NCBI GenBank assembly: GCA_004321915.1
Contig: SCQE01000041.1
Span: 101,191-165,190, forward strand
Source: Nitrospirota bacterium
GTDB taxonomy: Bacteria > Nitrospirota > Thermodesulfovibrionia > Thermodesulfovibrionales > Dissulfurispiraceae
Reading direction: 5' to 3'
DNA: 64,000 nucleotides
Part shown: positions 57,626 through 64,000 of the stretch, piece by piece
How positions within the stretch are numbered: position 1 is the first letter of the stretch
How the letters are laid out: each line of letters starts with the position of its first letter
Program-made: the position numbers and the translations under genes
The notes under the pieces: model-generated
What the model was told of the DNA's origin: nothing
The model's input: the letters and a program-made list of their open reading frames with translations, nothing else
Databases searched by the model: none

Positions 57626-58912
57626 CTATTCTTCGATAAAATTCATGTCTCTGTTAAATGTCTCTTCAAGCCTGTACAATGCGTAGAAAGAGATGCAAAG
57701 ACAGACCGCCCCGACAAGCGCGCCGCCATAAAGAATGCCTAAATCTTTTTTTATGAACTGAAACAAAAACATTATCGGTATGACCGCACTGCGAACAAAA
57801 TTAGGAACAGTGGTTGCAACGGTTGCCCTCAAATTCGTACCGAACTGTTCGGCTGCGATTATTATGAGCACGGCCCAATAGCCGCTCGCAAAACCGAGCG
57901 CCCAGCATACAACGTAAAATGTCTCTACGCTCGAGTTTTGTAGAGAGAAGTAGACCGCTATAAAAAAAAGATTGAGCGACATGAATGCGCAAACGGCTTT
58001 CTTGCGGCTCCTGAGCCGCTGGCTCAAAAATCCGCAAACGCAATCCCCTACCAGACCGCCGAAATATCCGAACATTACCGCCTTGCCTGCAGAAACAGGG
58101 CCGGTTATCCCGAGTTCCCTTGCAAACTCCGGAGATAGAGTTATCAGCAATCCTGCCCCGTACCAAAGCGGCATACCTATCAGAATAGTCTTCATGTATC
58201 TGAAAAATCTTGCGCGGCTGGTAAAGAGCTTTAGAAAAGCCCCCTTATGCACGTTCATGCCTTCCATCTGCTTGAACATTGAAGATTCGATGACCCCTGC
58301 CCTAAGGACAAGCAGCATAAGCCCCAACACGCCGCCTATATAATATGCGACCCTCCAGTCGAAACGCTCCGCGATTGTATTTGCCAGTATAGCTCCGGCA
58401 AAGCCGACCGCCGCTATGACCATGGCCCCATACCCGCGTGATCCTCTCGGGAGTATTTCAGCCACCAATGTTACACCCGCGCCCAACTCACCTGCCAAAC
58501 CTATACCTGCGATAAAGCGCCAGAACGCATACGCATGCAGCGATGCGACCGTACCATTCGCAATATTGGCCACCGAATAAAGGAATATCGAGCCGAACAA
58601 TATCTTCATCCTTCCTTTTTTGTCGCCGAAAATCCCCCACAAAATGCCGCCGATCAAAAGACCCGCCATCTGTATGTTGAGCAGAAATACGCCGTGATCA
58701 AGAAGCTCCTGTCCCGAGAACCCGATGGATTTAAGACTTGTTATCCTTACAATACTGAAAAGGACGAGATCGTAGACATCGACGAAATTACCGAGAGACG
58801 CGACTATTACCGGAACGGTAAGTATATCTCCCGCCTTGAACCTGCAATCTGAGGGCGAACAATTTTTATAATCCGTCACTGGGCGACTCCCGGAAATAGC
58901 ATATCTTATCAT
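57626..58912 (-). CDS. MFS transporter
   Basis: About 12 predicted TM segments and an MFS signature around GDKKGRMKILFGS. Confidence 0.8.
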   Translation of the reverse strand: MIRYAISGSRPVTDYKNCSPSDCRFKAGDILTVPVIVASLGNFVDVYDLVLFSIVRITSLKSIGFSGQELLDHGVFLLNIQMAGLLIGGILWGIFGDKKGRMKILFGSIFLYSVANIANGTVASLHAYAFWRFIAGIGLAGELGAGVTLVAEILPRGSRGYGAMVIAAVGFAGAILANTIAERFDWRVAYYIGGVLGLMLLVLRAGVIESSMFKQMEGMNVHKGAFLKLFTSRARFFRYMKTILIGMPLWYGAGLLITLSPEFARELGITGPVSAGKAVMFGYFGGLVGDCVCGFLSQRLRSRKKAVCAFMSLNLFFIAVYFSLQNSSVETFYVVCWALGFASGYWAVLIIIAAEQFGTNLRATVATTVPNFVRSAVIPIMFLFQFIKKDLGILYGGALVGAVCLCISFYALYRLEETFNRDMNFIEE

Positions 58913-58995
58913 GAAGCCGAAAAACCGGATACCACAAAATCGATTGCGTCATTTTTAGGACGGCTTGAGTTATAATATCAATTGAGCATAAATTT

Positions 58996-59067
<72 letters not shown>

Positions 59068-59172
59068 TTCTTGAAAACCAACCCTAAAAGGCATTTACAC
59101 AAAAAAATTTAGACCTTCACATTTGTTTTTCCGTTTATACGATCATTTCTATTTTTTGAATTTAACGTTTGA

Positions 59173-59243
59173 GGTAACCGGCCGCCGGAGCGCGAAGCGC
59201 GGAGGGAACCCGCAAGCGCAGCTTGCGGGCGGTCCGGTTGACC
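59173..59243. other. GC-rich segment with nested hairpins (possible structured RNA or protein-binding site)
   Basis: Perfect 9-bp hairpin CCCGCAAGC-GCA-GCTTGCGGG (59209-59229). GCGC-GAA-GCGC hairpin (59190-59200). Outer pairing AACCGG (59176-59181) with CCGGTT (59234-59239). Confidence 0.35.
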
Positions 59244-59283
59244 GAAGGGTTAGGCGGCGGGGTGATGTGCGTTTTCAACAAAA

Positions 59284-60015
59284 TTACTCACTGTGTAATG
59301 CTATGAATATGTCAGAGCCGGCCTGCGGAGTTTCGACATTTATGCCAGCTATGGCACCCTCGACTGAATCCTCCAACTTCGCGACAAACGGCCTCATAAG
59401 TTCCCACACATCGGATATGCATACTCGGTATTCGCCTGCAGCTAAGTGAACCAACGATGTCGGTCTTACCACTGCTTGGCCAACCGGGTTTACAAGCTCC
59501 ATCTTCTTGAAGGGATACATGGTGCCGGGGCGAAGGACACAGGTTAGATGTTGAAAGGAAATGTCGTCAACAAACGTGATCCATGTGAGAACCCCAAGAG
59601 CGGTTGACTCCTTTGCGACTACGTAATCGATCCGTTGGGCTAGATGGTCAGCTACATTTCGCAGTTGTCGGACTTCCTGAGATAGCTTGATGAAGCTTTC
59701 CACCCTCTCGTCACTCATGAATTCATCAGCGACGTTTGGCATTTGCTGTATGAGAGTGCGTACTCGATCTGTTGCATCGACGAATGCCCAGGCGTCGAGG
59801 AATGCGGAAGTGTAGTGTCTAGCAAAGTGTGCCTTGGTGTTGCCGTCCGCATTCCCTGTGATGTGACCTCTAGCCATTTCTGTCAGGGCCGTGACAAGGC
59901 GGTTATAGGCTAGGTCCGCTATTTCAACCGCATGCCGTATGCCGTCGATGAATACCACTTGACGTCGATTGCGCAAAGCGGGGAGGCGTCGCAGTATGGA
60001 ATTCTCCGATATCAC
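59284..60015 (-). CDS. orphan 243-aa protein with an RNxxxH (HEPN-like) motif
   Basis: Clean ORF with no family recognised. The helical N-terminal half contains VRQLRNVADHLAQRI, which matches the HEPN Rx4-6H signature. Confidence 0.4.
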   Translation of the reverse strand: MISENSILRRLPALRNRRQVVFIDGIRHAVEIADLAYNRLVTALTEMARGHITGNADGNTKAHFARHYTSAFLDAWAFVDATDRVRTLIQQMPNVADEFMSDERVESFIKLSQEVRQLRNVADHLAQRIDYVVAKESTALGVLTWITFVDDISFQHLTCVLRPGTMYPFKKMELVNPVGQAVVRPTSLVHLAAGEYRVCISDVWELMRPFVAKLEDSVEGAIAGINVETPQAGSDIFIALHSE

Positions 60016-60344
60016 AGTGGCTCCTTTGGGGGCGATTGAGCCGCCTAACTACTTATTAGATAGTTTCTCGCTATCACCGGAATATTTCATATTCACAATC
60101 TTCCATAAATATTGCCATCCGCATAACTGCTTGATTTGCTGTGTTATCAAGTCTGTCTAATATTACTTTTGTGATGTTATCGAGTTTTCTGTCTAACAAC
60201 GCTTCCCCTAAGCAGTTTTGTTATACCCTGTCAGAGGTCTCCCCGTCAATAGGCAAGCTGAACTGAAAAGATGTTGATTCCAGCTCATAACCCCGCTGTA
60301 TTTTGATATACTAAAAATAACGAAATAGGGATTGAGGTGATAGC

Positions 60345-60500
60345 ATGGAATCGGCGGCATCGAAAGAATTGCAGGATATTTTTTCGGTATTACCCCAAAA
60401 GGCAAAGGTCGAAGCTATAGACTATGTTATTGCCGTTGATCTAAATATGCCCGTGCTGACAATATTTCCAGGTCGAATAGCAGACCATTTAAATCGATAA
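60345..60500 (+). CDS. 51-aa ORF with a strong ribosome-binding site; possible relic of a small antitoxin-like gene
   Basis: GAGGTGA lies 4 nt before the ATG. KELQDIFSVLPQKAKVEAIDYV resembles the N-terminus of DUF2281-type antitoxins. Its 3-prime part overlaps the PIN gene in antisense. Confidence 0.25.
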   Translation: MESAASKELQDIFSVLPQKAKVEAIDYVIAVDLNMPVLTIFPGRIADHLNR

Positions 60501-60813
60501 GATCATTATCGCCTGTTATCAGAAGCCCTGCTTTTGCTTCAAGACAGCATTCAAGAACCATATTGTCTTTAGGATCACGACAAACTATTAAATTTCTGCG
60601 CGGGAATACAATCTTAGCCTTAGACACAACAGCAGCAATGCCTGTAATTAATGCCTCTAACTGAATATGAGTGATTTTGCCTTTTGCCACAAGCTCTAAA
60701 GGGACATTGCGATATTCGCTTAGAAGGGTTGGAGAAACATAAATATCTGCTTCTGTAAAAGCTTTTTTGACGGCCTTTGCCGGGATACCACCAAAAGCAA
60801 AAGCAGAAATCAA
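60427..60813 (-). CDS. PIN-domain toxin (VapC-like); the annotated TTG start truncates the conserved N-terminus
   Basis: ISAFAFGGIP...LITGDNDL is a PIN-family pattern. The in-frame sequence just upstream encodes KIVLDTGIL, which carries the catalytic Asp but has no ATG, GTG or TTG before it. Confidence 0.65.
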   Translation of the reverse strand: MISAFAFGGIPAKAVKKAFTEADIYVSPTLLSEYRNVPLELVAKGKITHIQLEALITGIAAVVSKAKIVFPRRNLIVCRDPKDNMVLECCLEAKAGLLITGDNDLIDLNGLLFDLEILSARAYLDQRQ

Positions 60814-60835
60814 AATACCTGTATCAAGAACTATT

Positions 60836-61033
60836 TTATCTCTTTTTCTCGTAAGCCTTTCTCCTTACAGCTTTTACTGCATTGTCAACATCCTTCATGG
60901 TTAATTTTGTGGTTTTGAATGCCTCCTTTGCCACCTTAAAAGCTGCATCAAGCCGCTCTTCAGGAGAAAGGACCGAAAGGATATAATCTTCAGGGTTAAT
61001 TTTTTTTGCAGTGGCAACGCTCATATAAAACAC
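60836..61033 (-). CDS. small antitoxin-like protein upstream of the PIN gene
   Basis: 65 aa with a basic C-terminus. Position is typical for the antitoxin of a type II pair. GAGGAGGTG lies upstream of the ATG. Confidence 0.5.
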   Translation of the reverse strand: MFYMSVATAKKINPEDYILSVLSPEERLDAAFKVAKEAFKTTKLTMKDVDNAVKAVRRKAYEKKR

Positions 61034-61272
61034 CTCCTCAATTTTTTTCTCTCAATCACAAATCAAGACCTGTTACATATCATTGTATCACATTCAGTAA
61101 GCGATGAAGCTTGCATATTTAGAATAATCGCCTCATTGTTTATTTCAATTCGACTGTAGCAAATTTTGTAGCAGAAAATTGCAGAACATATCGAATCACC
61201 AATTTCCTGTTAAATAAGTATGTTACTGATACTCAACTAAAAAGCCAACTCGTTCTGAAGCGCTTCCAAATT

Positions 61273-61307
61273 GCTGAAGGTCGCGGGTTCGAATCCCGTC
61301 GCCCGCT
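61273..61307 (+). repeat. right copy of the 35-nt tRNA-Gly 3-prime repeat; putative attR
   Basis: Identical to 59033-59067. No matching 5-prime tRNA half lies upstream. Confidence 0.85.
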
Positions 61308-61384
61308 CTTAAGACAACGACAAAAAACCGAGGTTCCTTCTCCAATATTGACATAGATGTAAAAATACTTTACACTTTTACATC

Positions 61385-62560
61385 ATGATAACAAGAGCGT
61401 TAAAGCTGCCGACAAATAGATCATTCTTCCTGTTCGGCCCCAGACAGACCGGCAAAACCACCCTTATCAACAGTGTCTTCAAGGACAGGGTCTTTAAAGT
61501 CAATCTACTGCTGAGTGACCAGTACTTCAAATATTCAAAAGACCCCTCGCTGCTGAGAAAAGAGGTCATGGAGAAGACGAAAAGCATTAACTATGTCTTT
61601 ATAGATGAGATCCAGAGGGTCCCTGAACTGCTCAATGAAGCGCAACATCTTATAGACAGCACATCGCTGTATTTCATCATGTCCGGTTCGAGCGCACGAA
61701 AACTTAAACGCGGTTATGCCAACCTCCTCGGAGGGCGGGCCGTGCAGCGGTTTCTTTTTCCTTTTATGTGGAGTGAGGTTTCAGAAAAAGCTAGGCTTAT
61801 GGATTTTCTAAGGTTCGGGGCACTGCCGCCTGTTTTCTTTGCTAAGAATGAAACCGACAAGATAGACCTCCTTAAGGCATATGTGGATATTTATCTGCGT
61901 GAAGAGATACAGGCAGAGGGTATTGTCAGAAAAATAGGCGCATTCTCAAGGTTTCTTGATATGGCGGCGAGCCAGTTCGGAGAGATTGTAAACTATTCGA
62001 CCATAGCGCGCGAATGCCAGCAGGCTGTCATGACGGTCAAGACATATTATGAGATTCTTGTTGACACTCTGATAGGTTTTCGTCTGGAGCCGTGGAGGAA
62101 GAGCATGAAGAAGCGGCTTGCCGGACATCCCAAGTTCTACCTGTTCGACAATGGCGTTACGAATATCATCAACCAGTATGACCATGCCATATCCGACCCC
62201 TATCTTCTCGGCAGGTTGTTTGAGCAATTCATCATCATAGAAACCATGAAATCAATAAAGACATCACAAAAAATGACCAATCTGTATTACTGGCGTACAA
62301 ACACCGGTGCGGAGGTGGACCTCCTAGTGGAACAGTCGGGAAAACTCACCGGAGCTTATGAGATTAAATGGTCGAAGACTGTTACCACAGCACAGATTAC
62401 CGGATTAAAGTCTTTTCAACAGGACCATCCCGGGGTGCCGTGTTACGTGATTTGCAATGCCGATGAATCCTATAGGCTCGGGAATGTGCTTGTGATGAAC
62501 TGGAAGAAGTTCCTGCTTGAGACAGGGAAAAAACACCCACGGCGGTCGGAAAACCGCTGA
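61385..62560 (+). CDS. AAA-family ATPase with a DUF4143-type C-terminal domain
   Basis: FLFGPRQTGKTTLI Walker A, FIDEIQ Walker B and the C-terminal pattern YYWRTNTGAEVDLL. Confidence 0.75.
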   Translation: MITRALKLPTNRSFFLFGPRQTGKTTLINSVFKDRVFKVNLLLSDQYFKYSKDPSLLRKEVMEKTKSINYVFIDEIQRVPELLNEAQHLIDSTSLYFIMSGSSARKLKRGYANLLGGRAVQRFLFPFMWSEVSEKARLMDFLRFGALPPVFFAKNETDKIDLLKAYVDIYLREEIQAEGIVRKIGAFSRFLDMAASQFGEIVNYSTIARECQQAVMTVKTYYEILVDTLIGFRLEPWRKSMKKRLAGHPKFYLFDNGVTNIINQYDHAISDPYLLGRLFEQFIIIETMKSIKTSQKMTNLYYWRTNTGAEVDLLVEQSGKLTGAYEIKWSKTVTTAQITGLKSFQQDHPGVPCYVICNADESYRLGNVLVMNWKKFLLETGKKHPRRSENR

Positions 62561-62583
62561 CGCGCAAAAGAGAGGATTGATAC

Positions 62584-62739
62584 ATGTCAAGCTTATATCT
62601 TCTTATAGCTATTTCTTTAGTTCTCGGTGTCGTGTGCTGGCTGCTGTTTATGTGGGCGGCCAAAAAGGGGCAGTACGACGATGTCGAGGGGCCAAAGTAC
62701 AGAATGCTCGATGACGACGACGAGAAAGATGGGAAATAG
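62584..62739 (+). CDS. ccoS: cbb3-type cytochrome oxidase maturation protein CcoS/FixS
   Basis: Below the ORF-track size cut-off. My translation is MSSLYLLIAISLVLGVVCWLLFMWAAKKGQYDDVEGPKYRMLDDDDEKDGK, which matches the CcoS pattern (TM helix, KxGQYDD, RxLxDDD). Confidence 0.7.
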   Translation: MSSLYLLIAISLVLGVVCWLLFMWAAKKGQYDDVEGPKYRMLDDDDEKDGK

Positions 62740-63187
62740 GTCAAAAGTTTTTTTGACCAAAGCCGTGGCCTCGGTTTTTTTCATAGGCCACATTCCGGTT
62801 GCTCCGGGCACCTTCGGCACGCTTGCGGCTGTCGCTTTTGTCTGGGGCGTTAAACCCGAAGCAGCTTCGATGCTCATTATCTCGGCGGTCCTTTTTCTTG
62901 CAGGTACAGCGAGCTCTCACTATGCCGAAACCTTTTACGGCAGCCGGGACAGCGGACATATAGTGATAGATGAATTCGTAGGATATCTCGTTTCGATTAT
63001 TTCTCTGCCGCAAACCGCAGGCTATATTATCGCCGCATTTGTTATTTTCAGGTTTTTCGATATTGTAAAGCCGCCGCCGATAAAGAATGTCGAACGCAAA
63101 CTGCACGGAGGATTAGGCGTGATGATGGATGATGTTCTTGCCGGAATAGCTACAAATATGGTTTTGCAGGCATGGAAGCTGGTCTGA
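62729..63187 (+). CDS. pgpA: phosphatidylglycerophosphatase A
   Basis: GHIPVAPGTFGTLAAV, IDEFVGY and FDIVKPPPI motifs. The ATG at 62729 is chosen because the longer ORF overlaps ccoS. Confidence 0.85.
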   Translation: MGNRSKVFLTKAVASVFFIGHIPVAPGTFGTLAAVAFVWGVKPEAASMLIISAVLFLAGTASSHYAETFYGSRDSGHIVIDEFVGYLVSIISLPQTAGYIIAAFVIFRFFDIVKPPPIKNVERKLHGGLGVMMDDVLAGIATNMVLQAWKLV

Positions 63188-63657
63188 TCTCAAAAACAGC
63201 CGGACTGCTGGCGCTGCTCGAGAGAAAAGGACTGAAACTCAGCGCCGCAGAATCATGCACCGGCGGGCTTCTGTGCCATGCGCTCACATCCGTCACAGGC
63301 GCGTCGAAGGTCTTTCATTCAGGCATAGTCGCATACTCCGACGATTCAAAGATAAAGCTGCTCGGCGTTGCGCCCGAAGTAATCGCACAATACGGAGCGG
63401 TAAGCGCCGAAACCGCGTCGGCAATGGCAGAGGCCATTTTCTTAAAAAGCGGAGCGGACATATCTGTCGGCATTACAGGGAATATCGAACCCGACGCCTC
63501 GGAGGCAAAGGCGCCGGTAATAGTATTCATCGCAGTCAGAGACAGAAATGGCATAGAAAGCGCCAGCCTCGGTTTGTCGGGCAACAGGATCGAGAATAAA
63601 TACAAGGCCGCTGATTCGGCCCTTGATCTTCTTTTAAAAAGGGCGTCGGGTTTATGA
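63172..63657 (+). CDS. CinA C-terminal domain protein (nicotinamide-nucleotide amidohydrolase PncC type)
   Basis: LSAAESCTGGLLCHALTSVTGASKVFHSGIVAYSDDSKIKLLGV. Confidence 0.85.
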   Translation: MEAGLISKTAGLLALLERKGLKLSAAESCTGGLLCHALTSVTGASKVFHSGIVAYSDDSKIKLLGVAPEVIAQYGAVSAETASAMAEAIFLKSGADISVGITGNIEPDASEAKAPVIVFIAVRDRNGIESASLGLSGNRIENKYKAADSALDLLLKRASGL

Positions 63658-64000
63658 GATGTTTTATAGCGATAGATATCCCTTCGGTTATCAGAGAATC
63701 GCTCGCAAAACTTATCTCTCATATCTCAGCTAAATCCTCAGGCGTCAAATTCGTGCAGCCCGAAAACATTCATATCACCATGAAGTTTCTGGGCGAGATC
63801 GATGAAAAAAAAACGCAGGATGTTATTGCATCACTAAAAGTTTTGTCCGCATCGCATTCCCCCTTCTCTCTCGAAATCAAAGGCGCAGGCGTATTCCCCG
63901 ATCCCAAAAGACCGAATGTGCTTTGGGTAGGTGTTTCGGAATCAGGCCGTCTTCAATCGATGTATAAGGCGATGGAAGCTTCGCTCGCCCTGCTCGGCTT
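63654..64000 (+). CDS. thpR: RNA 2',3'-cyclic phosphodiesterase (2H family, ThpR/LigT); 3-prime end off the window
   Basis: Not in the ORF track because it is edge-truncated. My translation is MRCFIAIDIP...FVQPENIHITMKFLGEI, which contains the first HxT motif. ATGA overlap with the preceding stop. Confidence 0.7.
   Translation, partial: MRCFIAIDIPSVIRESLAKLISHISAKSSGVKFVQPENIHITMKFLGEIDEKKTQDVIASLKVLSASHSPFSLEIKGAGVFPDPKRPNVLWVGVSESGRLQSMYKAMEASLALLG

Larger units (their letters stand above)
59068..61272. mobile_element. integrase-less mini-island or island remnant bounded by the tRNA-Gly 3-prime repeats
   Basis: Bracketed by exact 35-nt direct repeats. Cargo is an orphan protein, a degenerate small ORF and a PIN toxin-antitoxin pair. 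No recombinase ORF is present on either strand. Confidence 0.6.

Noticed and set aside
58913-58995. Candidate promoter elements (TTGAGT-N18-TAAATT or TATAAT) upstream of tRNA-Gly
   Set aside because: Two mutually exclusive readings are possible and neither has good spacing or both boxes. Left uncalled.
61255-61272. Partial similarity (GCTTCC..A..GCTG) just upstream of the right repeat, suggesting a second tRNA or tRNA pseudogene
   Set aside because: No acceptor 5-prime strand, D arm or pairable anticodon stem can be built. Only the exact 35-nt 3-prime fragment is credible.

Overview
Bacterial chromosomal window from a diderm (both L-ring and P-ring genes are present). About 49 kb (2.9-51.9 kb), all on the minus strand, is a large flagellar/chemotaxis supercluster. 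In transcription order (high to low coordinates):
- A receiver-less sigma-54 activator, an exported TPR protein, a PAS histidine kinase and a sigma-54 response regulator.
- flgBC-fliEFGHIJ plus a MotE-like gene.
- fliK-flgDE.
- fliLMN, a fused fliO/fliP, fliQR, flhBAFG and fliA.
- A che operon: HEAT-repeat protein, cheR, two CheY-like regulators, cheA, a CheW-CheZ fusion, two PstS-family binding proteins, a large MCP with a C-terminal CZB domain, cheB, cheW and an HDOD protein.
- flgFG-flgAHI plus a rod-binding protein.
- flgMN-flgKL plus an exported pentapeptide-repeat protein.

Four well-spaced sigma-54 promoters and two sigma-28-like promoters can be read directly in the intergenic gaps. 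No flagellin, fliD, fliS or motAB is present.

The flanks carry ordinary genes: an edge-truncated WD40-like protein, UDP-glucuronate decarboxylase, a DsbC-like protein, a second HDOD protein, PhoH2, DUF465, ilvD, an MFS transporter, ccoS, pgpA, a CinA-C/PncC domain protein and an edge-truncated thpR.

The one clearly accessory spot is a tRNA-Gly(CCC) whose last 35 nt are repeated exactly 2.2 kb downstream. The repeats bracket an integrase-less mini-island with three notable contents: an orphan 243-aa protein with an RNxxxH (HEPN-like) motif, a GC-rich structured segment, and a PIN toxin-antitoxin pair with an anomalous start. All functional calls come from reading the translations by eye. No database search was run.
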